A stretch of DNA of 55,163 bases, from contig CASDPE010000001.1 of assembly GCA_949282395.1 (NCBI GenBank), positions 1 to 55,163 on the forward strand. Reading direction: 5' to 3'. This DNA comes from an uncultured Bacillota bacterium (GTDB lineage: Bacteria > Bacillota > Clostridia > Christensenellales > Borkfalkiaceae). Below are positions 7,683 to 17,845 of this stretch, in pieces. The notes below the pieces were generated by a model. It was given only the letters and a program-made list of their open reading frames with translations, was not told the origin of the DNA and did no database searches. A program made the position numbers and the translations under genes. Position 1 is the stretch's first letter. Each line of letters opens with the position of its first letter.

Positions 7683-9608
7683 CTATACGCCTATCTGCGG
7701 AAATACAGTGACGCGCAATTTTGCCGCGCCCTGCGGAATAAGTTTTATATACTCCGCGCCGCCTGCCGCGGAAAGGATGTTCCGATCGGGCAGGCAGGGC
7801 GTGAACACAAAATCCCCCTGCAAGGTACGCCTCTTCTTGGCATATAAGTCATAGCACTGCACGACCTCCTTTTTCCTTTCGAGGTCCCAGCCTTCGATCG
7901 TATGCGCGGGCACTTCGAGGCTGACGGGCACATGCGCCGCATCCCACGGATCTCCGCACAGCTCTCTGCGCGAAAAGCGCACGTTTCCGTCTGTAAGTTC
8001 GCTTTTGCGGAGCGCGAAATTCCACTGCGAATCGGGGAAATATTCATAATCGGGCAGCGCGCTCTCCGCAGCCTGCGTAACATGTTCCCTGATCTTCACG
8101 CCGAGGCTGTACACCAGCGCGCCGCGCTCGATGTACAAACCGCCGTCCGCACTGTCCTGCACGCGCACCTGCGGATACAGCTGCAGGCGCAGCACGTCCC
8201 CTTCGCAAAAGACGCGTTCGATCCTGCAAAAGCCGCCCGCAAACGCCGCCTCGACCGCCTGCCCGTTCAAGGTAAGGCTCGCCCCGCGGCTCCACGAGGG
8301 CACGCGCAGATGCAGCGCAAACCGGGCGGGGTCTGCCGTATGTACGGTGAAGGAAAGTTCGTCCGTAAACGGATACGCCTCCGTCTGTTCGACGGTCACC
8401 GTATGTTTACCGCGCGTAAAGGTAAACGTTCCGGGCGCGTACAGGACCGCATACGGCTCGCCGCCGCGCAGGAACCACATATGGCGGCAGAAGTTCGGCA
8501 TAAAGCGGTTGCAGTTGCCCGAACAGCACGCCGTATGATGGCGCGCATTGTAGCGCATCCAGCCCGTTCCCCTGAAAAATTCGTTGTGATTGCTGTTCTC
8601 CGCCGCAATGACCTGGTTGGGGCAGGAAAAGTACTGTATCGCGGAAAAATCTTCCCGCACGGCGCCGATCCCCGCGTTGAAGATGCACTTTTCGATCTTG
8701 TCGGCATACAACGGATCGCCCGTCGCCATAAAGAGATAGGAGAGCGCCCAGGTGTAATCCGTAACGGTGCACAGCTCATGGCTTTGCAGCGAATCGTTGC
8801 CGATCAGAAACTCATTGCTGCAATGCCCGCCGTCGGCAAGCATGAACATCGTGTCCAGCTTTTCAAAGGCGTGCACGCTGGCGGCAAGGTAGCGCCTGTT
8901 CTTCGTATAAAGGTACAGGAGCGCGCCGATCTTGCCCGTCTCGTCATAGGTGACGCCGTGCGCGTACGGTTTTTTTTCGGAGAGCATGACCTCCTCGCAG
9001 TTGTCGTCGAGGCAGCGCGCATTGTAGTTTTTGTAGGTGCTTTCCGCCAAAGAGAGCAGCCGCGCATCCCCCGTGACGCCATACGCCCACAGCATGGGTT
9101 CGATATGCAGAAATTCGCGCTTTTCGGAGTAGTCGTACTGCCCCTTCAGATAGAAATCCCGCACCGCTTCGGGGATGCGCCTGTCCCCTGTATGCTCGTA
9201 CTTTGCCATCAGCCCGCGGAAGAACACGACGTGCGGCCAACGGTGCCACCCGCTCTTTTGCCGCAGCACATCGGAGCCGATAAAGCCGTCTTCGGCGACG
9301 TGCGACAGGGCGTAACCGAAACTTTCGTCCGCGCGGGCGCATAGATCTTCCCGCCCCGTCAGTACGCCGCAGCTGTACATGCCGTCCAGCCAATAGGCAG
9401 TCTGCTCGAACACCTCCCACGGCGGCGTTTCGCCCTCCCTGATTTCGCCCTTCCAAAAGGCGATGCTGTACGGGTACCCGATCTCGTTGAGATGCCCCGT
9501 AAGCCCCTCTGCCTGCGTATTGAGAAAGTCTTTCAGCCAGCCGCGCGGCAGCACTGCGCCGAGCGGCACTCTTGTAAAATTGCCCGTATCCATGATCTCC
9601 TCATACAT
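7683..9608 (-). CDS. GH127/GH146-type glycosidase (beta-L-arabinofuranosidase family)
   Basis: HELC and TACCSGN Cys motifs, HGV, YADKIEKCIFN, C-terminal LRVPSW and ERGALVYSL. Confidence 0.8.
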   Translation of the reverse strand: MYEEIMDTGNFTRVPLGAVLPRGWLKDFLNTQAEGLTGHLNEIGYPYSIAFWKGEIREGETPPWEVFEQTAYWLDGMYSCGVLTGREDLCARADESFGYALSHVAEDGFIGSDVLRQKSGWHRWPHVVFFRGLMAKYEHTGDRRIPEAVRDFYLKGQYDYSEKREFLHIEPMLWAYGVTGDARLLSLAESTYKNYNARCLDDNCEEVMLSEKKPYAHGVTYDETGKIGALLYLYTKNRRYLAASVHAFEKLDTMFMLADGGHCSNEFLIGNDSLQSHELCTVTDYTWALSYLFMATGDPLYADKIEKCIFNAGIGAVREDFSAIQYFSCPNQVIAAENSNHNEFFRGTGWMRYNARHHTACCSGNCNRFMPNFCRHMWFLRGGEPYAVLYAPGTFTFTRGKHTVTVEQTEAYPFTDELSFTVHTADPARFALHLRVPSWSRGASLTLNGQAVEAAFAGGFCRIERVFCEGDVLRLQLYPQVRVQDSADGGLYIERGALVYSLGVKIREHVTQAAESALPDYEYFPDSQWNFALRKSELTDGNVRFSRRELCGDPWDAAHVPVSLEVPAHTIEGWDLERKKEVVQCYDLYAKKRRTLQGDFVFTPCLPDRNILSAAGGAEYIKLIPQGAAKLRVTVFPQIGV

Positions 9609-11475
9609 AAGACATATATTCCGTCAGTGTGTTCGCAGTGACCGTTTCTCCCCAATTTTGCATGATGATGCGGTTCCCCTGCCCGAATTCATCCAGGATA
9701 TCCTCTTCCAGCTCCTCTATCCGCTCCGTTTTTCCTTCGGCGTACGCTTTGAGCCGCTTTGCATTTTGCTGCAGGCGGAAGAGGAGCGCGCCGATGCGAA
9801 TGTGCGTGACGTCTATGCCGTGCGGCTTGTTGACGCGCATCCACTGCTTTTGGAACGCTTCAAAAAAGGCGCGTATCGCGCGCATCGCTGCGGGATAATC
9901 CTCTTTGGCAAGGCGAAGTAGTTCCGCCTTATCCCCCGAACGGTATGCCTTTCGGGTACGCACGCCGAGGTCAAACTTTTTCGAGAGCGCCTTTACGAGC
10001 GCGATCTGCGTATCGAACAGATAGGAATATTCGCCCGCCGCCCTCTTCGCTTTTTTAAGTTTCGCAAGCTGGGCGCAGTACGCCTCGGCGATGCCCCCTT
10101 GCAGGGTCTTATCCATACACCCCAAAAAGGTATCGTTGTAGAGAAGGTACTTTGCCGAAGTATTGATATAGCCGCGCTCCCCTTTACCGCTCAGATCGTT
10201 CGCGCCGTCTATGCTCATAAAGAGGCGGAAGGGGCAGAACATCTCCGAAAATGCCGCGCGGAACCTTTCTTCGCTTCTGTTGCCGTAAGCGCGCTCCGCA
10301 TAGTAGACGATGTTGGGAAGCACCGAAAAGACCGGCGTTTCGCTGCCGCAGTCTCCCCACGCGGATAGCATGACGTCGCGCACGCCCGCACGTTCGCAGT
10401 CGTTTAAGTTCGCGCGGTTGACGGGCAGGCTGAACGCGTTGTTGGGCGCAAAGCCGTACCACTTCGCCGCGCCGCCGCAGAAGCGGAAGGAGGAGCAGAA
10501 GTTTTTGCCTTCCGCAAACCGATGCGCGATCTCCCCCTCCCGCACCTGCGTTTCATAGTCCGCAAAGGGGTTGCCGTAGCTCCAGCCGATAAGGGTCACG
10601 CCCTCGGGCACGGCAGGCATCTTTTTGCCGCTCCTGCCCGCTTCCTCATATTCCCGCCAGAACATATCTCCCCACATCTGCACGGAAAAACCATACTTTT
10701 TTGCAACGGAGAGCACAAACGCAAGGTGCCTGCGGTAGAGTTCGGCGGGATCGTTCTGCCCGTAGAGATCCCTGTATTTGCCCCGCCCGAGCATGAACGC
10801 TTCATCCATGCCGATATTGACTTTGCGCGAGGTAAACGTTTCGGAAAGAGTTGCAAAGATATGTTCTATCAGTTCGCGCACGCGCTCGCTGCCGACGAGC
10901 AATACGTCGTTGCAATCGAACGCACCCTTATAATAGGTGCTCCAGCGGTACAGGCTGCGCAGATGCGCCAACGTCTGAATGCAGGGCACGAGCTCGATGC
11001 CGAACAGTTTTGCGTACGCATCGATCTCCCTGAGCTCCGCCCGCGAATACCGCCCGCGTAGGTAGCCGAAATACGGCTCGCCCTCCACTTCGTAAGTATC
11101 CTCCGTATACAGCTGCAATTCGCTGTAACCGAGCAATGCAAGTTTGCGGATAAGCTCCTTTACGGCAGGCACGTTCATCACCGCATTGCGTGAATTGTCG
11201 ACGAGCAGAGAGAGCGTGTCGAAGACGCGTTCCTCAAAGGAGGCAGCGTTCCCGCCCGCCGAAAGGGCACGGCGCAGTTGGCGGAAGAACGCGGCGGGGC
11301 GGTCATAATAGACCGTGATCCCCGTTTCGTCCCGTTCAAACCCTATGCGGGCGCCCTCTTTTGCCGTAAGGCGGAGAGCAGGCCCGCCTTCTCCGATGTG
11401 CAGGTCTTTCCGAAGCTCATAAAGCCCCTGCCTGTACCGAGCGTCCTGAACGCCCGACCCGAATAAAACGTTCAT
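9601..11475 (-). CDS. GH20 beta-N-acetylhexosaminidase (GcnA-like)
   Basis: DNSRNAV, LYTEDTY..PYFGYLRGRY, PCIQTLAH, NIGMDEA catalytic motif, MWGDM, AWGD. Confidence 0.88.
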   Translation of the reverse strand: MNVLFGSGVQDARYRQGLYELRKDLHIGEGGPALRLTAKEGARIGFERDETGITVYYDRPAAFFRQLRRALSAGGNAASFEERVFDTLSLLVDNSRNAVMNVPAVKELIRKLALLGYSELQLYTEDTYEVEGEPYFGYLRGRYSRAELREIDAYAKLFGIELVPCIQTLAHLRSLYRWSTYYKGAFDCNDVLLVGSERVRELIEHIFATLSETFTSRKVNIGMDEAFMLGRGKYRDLYGQNDPAELYRRHLAFVLSVAKKYGFSVQMWGDMFWREYEEAGRSGKKMPAVPEGVTLIGWSYGNPFADYETQVREGEIAHRFAEGKNFCSSFRFCGGAAKWYGFAPNNAFSLPVNRANLNDCERAGVRDVMLSAWGDCGSETPVFSVLPNIVYYAERAYGNRSEERFRAAFSEMFCPFRLFMSIDGANDLSGKGERGYINTSAKYLLYNDTFLGCMDKTLQGGIAEAYCAQLAKLKKAKRAAGEYSYLFDTQIALVKALSKKFDLGVRTRKAYRSGDKAELLRLAKEDYPAAMRAIRAFFEAFQKQWMRVNKPHGIDVTHIRIGALLFRLQQNAKRLKAYAEGKTERIEELEEDILDEFGQGNRIIMQNWGETVTANTLTEYMSYV

Positions 11476-12104
11476 TCTTTAAAAGAAAACTCGATGGAAT
11501 CGACAGAAAATTCTTCTCCTGCGCCAAGCCGCAAAAACATGAACATGATGTTTTTTTGGTTGCCGCAGTTCATGTTGTTGCGGTAGTACCCTGCGCTCGT
11601 TTCGATAGCGGTCGTAAAGGAAAGCTCCGCAAAAGTCCCCGCTTTTGGCACTTTGGTCTGGTTGGAAATTTCCGCCCCGTCCTCATCGTTGTAGGCGAGG
11701 AACATGTTCGGCGAAGCCTGCGGGTCGACGTTGACAAGCATGCTGACCACGACTTCGGTGCCCTCGTCGTATTCTTCAAACGCGGAGGAGTAGACGCGGA
11801 AGCAGACATTGCCGTACGACTGCATGGTATCGCTCATGCGGACGGTCAGCGCGCCGTCCACAGAGTAAGTGAACTGCGCCTCGCTGTCCTCCGTCTGCCC
11901 GGCATACAGCTGCACATAATTTTTCGCCTCCGAAAAGGGATAGCTCATCTCATTGTAGCCGTATCCGAGCCCCACCGTCTGCCCGTCGTCAAAGGGAAAC
12001 GCGGAACCGTCCTGTTCCTGCTGCCCGCTCTCCGCGCACCCGAAGGCGGCAAAGAGAGCGAACAGCAGCAAAAGCATGGCGGAAACGATCTTGCTTGCCC
12101 TCAT
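11472..12104 (-). CDS. Hypothetical lipoprotein, beta-sandwich-like
   Basis: Signal peptide with AFGC lipobox; part of the PUL operon. Confidence 0.7.
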   Translation of the reverse strand: MRASKIVSAMLLLLFALFAAFGCAESGQQEQDGSAFPFDDGQTVGLGYGYNEMSYPFSEAKNYVQLYAGQTEDSEAQFTYSVDGALTVRMSDTMQSYGNVCFRVYSSAFEEYDEGTEVVVSMLVNVDPQASPNMFLAYNDEDGAEISNQTKVPKAGTFAELSFTTAIETSAGYYRNNMNCGNQKNIMFMFLRLGAGEEFSVDSIEFSFKE

Positions 12105-12116
12105 ATCCTTTTCTCC

Positions 12117-14378
12117 TTAGGCGGGAACGGGGTAGAACTCGATGCTCTCCACATAGATGCAGCTTGTTGTATTGCAAAACATCTGAAATGGATATCGGGC
12201 GTCCGCCGTACCGAGCGTCTTATTGAACAGCGTCAGCGAGCCGCTCGTCTGCTCCGTGGTAGCGCTTTCATGGAATATATCCTGCTCATCCAAAACCGCA
12301 CTATAGCTCGTATCGGTGGCGATAAAGATGCGCGTCAAGCCTGCGGGGAACACAAAATTTATTTTGATATTATACGTACCCGCGGCGACATCCCTTGCCG
12401 GCCAATTACAGTTTAACGTCGTTCCGCTCGGCGTGATCCTGAACAGCTTTGTCCCGTCTTCGCCTTCCACGACCGCCCTGGCGGCTGTATCTGTAATAAA
12501 GTTCCCTTCCGGCCCCGCCGTTTCACTGAGGGCATCCCCTTCAAAGGTCGTGACCGCCGCGGGAACGGAACCCGCTTTTCGGAACACGATGCTCTCAACA
12601 TAGACGGTACCCGAAGACTGGCACCAAAGCTGGAAGGCATAGCGCCCGCCCGGTTCGGAGAACGACTTCCCGAAGAGCACCAACGATCCCTCTTCCGCTT
12701 CCGCGTTTGCCGTATTGATATCCTGCCCGTTCAAAACGGAGGTGCAATTTATATCCGTCGCCACAAAGATACGGATCAGCCCTTCGTCAAAGCGGAAGTT
12801 GATGATAATATCGTAGCTGCCCGCGGGAACGTTCCTTGCGACCCAGTTCAGATTGAGCCTGCTGTCTTTCGGCGTGAAGGCAAATGCGTGGTTGCCGCCG
12901 CCTACATCTGCCACCGTGCGCGTGCCGTTCGTATCATTGTTGTCTCTGCCGTTGGTGATAAAATTATCCGACGGAGCGCTCCCGACAGGATCGGTATCGA
13001 ACGTAGTGATGTAGCAGTCGTCCGCCCTGACGAGCAGATATTGCGTTGCCGTCAGATCGCCGCTCGCCCCCTTCGCCGTAACGGAAATGACAAATTCGTA
13101 GTACGAGCCGCTCGCAACGGCGACGGATGCAAACGTGTTCGGCTGTTCCTGCTCTTTCCCGTCGATCTTATACGACGTGACCGAGAACGCACCGCCCTCG
13201 GCAGGCTCCGCGTTGATCGCAAGCACATCGCCCCAATCGCCGACGGCAAACGTTTCGCCCGCCGTGACGACCGTGTTGACTTCATACCCTTCCTTGAACT
13301 GCACTTTCAGCGTTTCGGTGTTGTATACGACGTTCACGGTGACCGTTCTTTCAACGCTGTTGTAGTTTTTGGTATCGCTCGGGGTGAACACAGCCGTAAA
13401 GGTGTTTTCGCCGAAGCTGAGCGCGGTATCCGCGCCCGCGTCTTTCCACGCCCATGTGCCGGGATCTTCCGCAGGCAGCGCGACCTCGCCAAGGGTGTTT
13501 TCAAACGTATAGGCGATAGAATACTCCTCTTTTATGGAGACAACGGGCGTTGCCTTGGCGACCAGGACGCTGACCCGCCCTTCGGCGGCGTAGTATGCTT
13601 CCGTCTCTACAAAGACAACATCAAAAACGTTTTCTCCCGCTTCCCCTACGGCGGTATCGCCCGCAGACTTGAATGCCCAGCCGGACGGAAGGGTCACTTC
13701 GGCAAGCGTATCTCCGTACGTCGCCGTAAGCGACAGCCCGTCCAGAACGGAGAGATCGGGATACCCCTTGCTCACCGTGACGGTGATCTGCTTTTCAGCG
13801 GCGGTGTAGTTTGCGTTCTCGGCAAACACGACGGTAAAGGTGTTCTCCCCCGCCGCCCCTACAGGCGTATCGCCCGCATCCTTGAACGCCCAGCCGTTCG
13901 GAAGGGACACGTCTGCCAGGGTCTGCCCGACGGTCGCCGTGATGTCTGCCAGCCCCTCTTCGGAGGGCGCCGCTTTGCCGATGGTGACGGTCACGGCGTT
14001 GCTGACGGCTTCCGCATTCTGCTCACCATACGTTGCGGAGAGCTCCAGCGTATACGTACCGCTCTCGGCGACCTCCGTAAGGATGAGCGTTGCAGGAAGC
14101 GCCGTACCCGCTCCTTCCGCAACTTCCGCCCCGTCCTTGTACCACTGGTACGAATAGGCGGCGGGAACGGCGGAAAGCGCCTCCTTGCTCTCCTCGGAAA
14201 GGTCTGCCGTAAGCGTGATCTGCGCGTCGGGAGAATAGGTCATCTGCGTTTCGCTTGCCGTGACGGTCACGGCAAGCCCGTCCAATTCTCCGCCCTCTTT
14301 TTCCTCTTCGGTGCACGCGGCAAAGAATATGCAGCAAAACGCGCACAGCCCGATGAGGACAGTTATCAATTTTTTCAT
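12117..14378 (-). CDS. Surface lipoprotein with Ig-like/stalk repeats and two C-terminal CBM-like domains
   Basis: FAAC lipobox; three TL..V.LP..W..K.AG..GEN repeats; duplicated C-terminal LN.NW.AR.V.AG.Y domain. Confidence 0.75.
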   Translation of the reverse strand: MKKLITVLIGLCAFCCIFFAACTEEEKEGGELDGLAVTVTASETQMTYSPDAQITLTADLSEESKEALSAVPAAYSYQWYKDGAEVAEGAGTALPATLILTEVAESGTYTLELSATYGEQNAEAVSNAVTVTIGKAAPSEEGLADITATVGQTLADVSLPNGWAFKDAGDTPVGAAGENTFTVVFAENANYTAAEKQITVTVSKGYPDLSVLDGLSLTATYGDTLAEVTLPSGWAFKSAGDTAVGEAGENVFDVVFVETEAYYAAEGRVSVLVAKATPVVSIKEEYSIAYTFENTLGEVALPAEDPGTWAWKDAGADTALSFGENTFTAVFTPSDTKNYNSVERTVTVNVVYNTETLKVQFKEGYEVNTVVTAGETFAVGDWGDVLAINAEPAEGGAFSVTSYKIDGKEQEQPNTFASVAVASGSYYEFVISVTAKGASGDLTATQYLLVRADDCYITTFDTDPVGSAPSDNFITNGRDNNDTNGTRTVADVGGGNHAFAFTPKDSRLNLNWVARNVPAGSYDIIINFRFDEGLIRIFVATDINCTSVLNGQDINTANAEAEEGSLVLFGKSFSEPGGRYAFQLWCQSSGTVYVESIVFRKAGSVPAAVTTFEGDALSETAGPEGNFITDTAARAVVEGEDGTKLFRITPSGTTLNCNWPARDVAAGTYNIKINFVFPAGLTRIFIATDTSYSAVLDEQDIFHESATTEQTSGSLTLFNKTLGTADARYPFQMFCNTTSCIYVESIEFYPVPA

Positions 14379-14410
14379 ACTCTTTTCCTCCTTATTCTGT
14401 TATTTCCGCT

Positions 14411-16666
14411 CTACGCAGCCGCCCCTGCGGGGATGAACTGCACGCTCTCTACATACACGTTCCCGCTCACATCGCAGAACAGCCTGAACGGATAGCGCAG
14501 CGTCGAAGCAGCCAGTTCAAATGCGGACAGGGTGATCGAGCCTTCCGTCGCCCCCGCCGTATTGATGTCCTGCCCGTTGGTAACGGAAGCGTAGCCCGCA
14601 TCGGTCAGGAACACCCGCGTGAGGGTGCCCGCATCGAAGCGGAAATTGATCTTGATGTCATAGGTCCCCGCGGGGATGCCGTCCGCCACCCAGTTCAGAT
14701 TGAGCTGCGTAGAGCCGGGCGTGAAACGGAAGGCGTAATTGCCGCCGCCGAGATCGACGACCGTACGCGAATTGTTGGTCGCCGCGCCGTTATCCGTCTG
14801 GTTGCACACATAGTTGGAGGAAGGCGCCTGCCCGAGGGCAAAGGTGTCGAAGGTGACGAGGTAGCAGTCCGCCGCCCTGACGAGCACATACTGCATCGAA
14901 GCGTTGCCGAACGTATCCGTGACCGTGACGGTGAATTCGTAGTACGAACCGCTTTCGACCGTTACAGAGCCGCCTTCAACGGTATGGGCGGCGCCGTTCT
15001 TTTTGACGGCGATGCTCACCTCCGTTTCGCTTTCGTCGCTTATCCCGATCCCCAGCCCTGCTGCGGAGACGGTGATCTCTGTTCCCGCCTCGACCGTCTG
15101 GTTTACGGTTTTGCCGCCCGTAAAGGAGAGTTCGGGGGCGTATACATCTACGTCGCCGACGGCAAGTTTGACCGTTTTTGTGCCCGAAACGCCGTCTTTT
15201 TCGGCAGTGAACGTGACGTCGTAAAAACATTCCGCCGAGGTATCAACGGTATACGGCGGAGAAAGCTCCGTCGTCGTGCCGCCCGGCTCCGTCTTGCTGA
15301 CGCTTTGGATCGACGCCTCGACTTCGGTCCCCATAAAATCGGTGAACTTGACGCCGAACAGGTCCGCGCCGAGCGTGACGTCTGCGCCTACTTCTGCGTT
15401 CACGACTTCGCTTTCCGCCGTCGCCGTAAGCGCATCCTCGCAGGTATAGGTGAAGTTATCGAGGTAGAAGGGGTTGCCGATGACGCGCACATAAGCGGTG
15501 GTATCGATCTTGCCGTTGGTCACGACGCCCGTGACCGAGCCGCGCACGCGGTAGGTCTCCCCTTCGCAGCGCCCCGTACCGACGATGGTCGTATACTTAT
15601 TGGGGTCGGTGCCGAAATCATAATCTTCGTACCCTTCGACGCGCAGATCGAAGGAAACGGTTACTTTTTTCCCGTCGAGCGCGGCGGCGCTGCCCGATAC
15701 GACGGGGATGCTGAGCGGAACTTCCCGCGCGGCGGGCACGACTTTCACTTCGGCGTTGTCGTTTGCGCGCACCAGAGAGACGGTGCCGCTTGTGGCGGTC
15801 ATCCCGTAGTCATACACGTCCGTATAGCGGTTGAGCGTTTCCGCATAGAGATCGTCGGTCACATACACAGCGTAAGCGGAAACTTTTTCCTGCCCCGCCG
15901 CGGCGGTGCCCTCTATCTCGTACAGAGATTTTGCCTCCGCCGTAATGCTGCTGCCTGCCGCCTCGACCGCCGTACCGTTTTTGCGGACCGTAAAGGAGAA
16001 GGTATATGCCGTATCGGCGGAAAGTTTTTCGCCGAAGAAAGATTTGTCCAGCGCGATGGTCTCCCCTGCGGCGATGACGCTGTCCGCCAGCCTGCGCACA
16101 GAGAATTCCTGTTTATAATTTGCGGTATTGCCTGCGCCGTCGGCGGCGGTCACGGCGAGCGTATAGGTCCCCTCTTTTTCGGCGACGAACGCCTCGCCAT
16201 CCGAGACCTTTTCCTCCCCGTAATACACGGCGGTGCTGAAATCGGTGACGGCGGCGCCGTGGTTGTCGCGCACCAGGATCTCAGGCAGCTCGACCGTTTC
16301 GCCGGCGAAGTACCCGTCCAGCGAGCCGCGCACGATGACGATGGGCTGCATGGTATCCTCCGCCCTGATCTTCCAGCCGGCAGAGGCGGCGTCGACCGTC
16401 CAGGTGCCCTCTTCGCTCAGATACAGGAGCTCGCTCGAAAGGGTGACGGCCTCCCCCGAAGGAGACGTGACCGAAAGGTCATAGAAGCGCAGCTCCCCCA
16501 GATCGGGCAGGGTATACAGGTCGAATGCGGTGCCGTACTCGCCCACGACTTCGGTATATCCGTAACTTTTTTCGCTGTCGCACGCGGCGCAGAACAGTCC
16601 CCCTGCCAGCACGAAACACAGCGCGACGGACAGCGCGCCTTTTTTCAAGAATTTTTTCATGCTCAT
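14411..16666 (-). CDS. Surface lipoprotein with Ig-like domains and a C-terminal CBM-like domain
   Basis: CAAC lipobox; GTYTLAVTAADGAGNTA Ig-like strand; C-terminal domain homologous to that of 12117..14378. Confidence 0.75.
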   Translation of the reverse strand: MSMKKFLKKGALSVALCFVLAGGLFCAACDSEKSYGYTEVVGEYGTAFDLYTLPDLGELRFYDLSVTSPSGEAVTLSSELLYLSEEGTWTVDAASAGWKIRAEDTMQPIVIVRGSLDGYFAGETVELPEILVRDNHGAAVTDFSTAVYYGEEKVSDGEAFVAEKEGTYTLAVTAADGAGNTANYKQEFSVRRLADSVIAAGETIALDKSFFGEKLSADTAYTFSFTVRKNGTAVEAAGSSITAEAKSLYEIEGTAAAGQEKVSAYAVYVTDDLYAETLNRYTDVYDYGMTATSGTVSLVRANDNAEVKVVPAAREVPLSIPVVSGSAAALDGKKVTVSFDLRVEGYEDYDFGTDPNKYTTIVGTGRCEGETYRVRGSVTGVVTNGKIDTTAYVRVIGNPFYLDNFTYTCEDALTATAESEVVNAEVGADVTLGADLFGVKFTDFMGTEVEASIQSVSKTEPGGTTTELSPPYTVDTSAECFYDVTFTAEKDGVSGTKTVKLAVGDVDVYAPELSFTGGKTVNQTVEAGTEITVSAAGLGIGISDESETEVSIAVKKNGAAHTVEGGSVTVESGSYYEFTVTVTDTFGNASMQYVLVRAADCYLVTFDTFALGQAPSSNYVCNQTDNGAATNNSRTVVDLGGGNYAFRFTPGSTQLNLNWVADGIPAGTYDIKINFRFDAGTLTRVFLTDAGYASVTNGQDINTAGATEGSITLSAFELAASTLRYPFRLFCDVSGNVYVESVQFIPAGAAA

Positions 16667-17832
16667 ACCTCTCCGAATTCCTGTGCGCTCTTGAAGGAAA
16701 TGTTATCAAGATACAGGGCGCCGCCCTCGGCGGTATACCCGTCGACATAGATCACGATGGTCATGATATCGAGCTCCGTACCCGTGACCTGATCGAGCAT
16801 ATCCTGCAGCAAGAGGCGCGTTTCGTACGGATTCGACCATGAATTTGCAGGCACGACGGTATTGACGCGGTACACCTCGTCGATCTTCGTGAACAGCGCG
16901 ATGCCTACCTGCAGCTCCTGTTCGGAGGCGTTGTATACATCATACGTGAGGTACGTCGTTTCATAATCGAACTCGTTCCAGCTCACGGACTCCGTGCCGC
17001 GCACGGTGCGGAAGCCGACCCCGACGACGTCTGTGCCCGCCTCGTTCGGGAAGAACTCCACCTTCATGGAACCCGTACCGTTCAGAATGTAGTGCGGGTC
17101 GCGGTTCAGGCTGTAACGGGGGTAGGCAAAGCGGCTGTCCGAAGCCGCCGCGCCCATGTTCGACATGAGCCCGTACACGTCATATTCGTTGGAAAAGGTA
17201 AAGGGCGTGGTGCCCGAATAATCAAGCTCCTTCTGATAGACCCGCTCTTCCACCGTGACGGCGACGAAACTGTCCAAATAAAACACGTACGGCTCTTCCA
17301 CGTTCGCGGGCTTCCCCTCGAACCAAAGGTCGATGGTCGATACGCTGCTGAGATCATAACTCTCGCGCGAAAGCGGTATCGTGAAATGATTCCAACCGGG
17401 CTCTACGGACCCGTACCACATGTAATTGGAGGTATCGATGGTGAGCATGGTCTGCACGGGGGCTTCATAGTCGCTGTACAGGTCCAGCTCGAACGCGACG
17501 GTGTCGGTATAGTTGGTCTTCGGCAGGAACGACGTCCCCGTCACAAACGTGAGCGTAAGATCGTCCCCCTTTTCCTCGCGCACAGGGGTCTCCATCGTCA
17601 TTTTCGCGCACGCATCGCCGCTTGTTACATACGCGGGATCGTCGCACAGGTCGATCTTGCCCCCGCCGACGTTGTAATAGGCGATAGAGAGCAGTTCCCT
17701 GTTGTTCTCGAATCCGCACAGCGTTACCTTTTCGACGGTGCTCTCCTCTTCGGAGGTCTCGTCGCATGCGGCAAAACCGACCGCGCAGGCAAGCAGCAGG
17801 ACCGAGGTCAGAATACAGATGATTTTTCGCAT
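16663..17832 (-). CDS. Lipoprotein with two CBM-like domains
   Basis: AAGGAGG favours ATG 17832 (MRKIIC); FAAC lipobox; two domains ending FYLDSF and LYLDNI. Confidence 0.7.
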   Translation of the reverse strand: MRKIICILTSVLLLACAVGFAACDETSEEESTVEKVTLCGFENNRELLSIAYYNVGGGKIDLCDDPAYVTSGDACAKMTMETPVREEKGDDLTLTFVTGTSFLPKTNYTDTVAFELDLYSDYEAPVQTMLTIDTSNYMWYGSVEPGWNHFTIPLSRESYDLSSVSTIDLWFEGKPANVEEPYVFYLDSFVAVTVEERVYQKELDYSGTTPFTFSNEYDVYGLMSNMGAAASDSRFAYPRYSLNRDPHYILNGTGSMKVEFFPNEAGTDVVGVGFRTVRGTESVSWNEFDYETTYLTYDVYNASEQELQVGIALFTKIDEVYRVNTVVPANSWSNPYETRLLLQDMLDQVTGTELDIMTIVIYVDGYTAEGGALYLDNISFKSAQEFGEV

Positions 17833-17845
17833 TGCCGTCCCCTCC

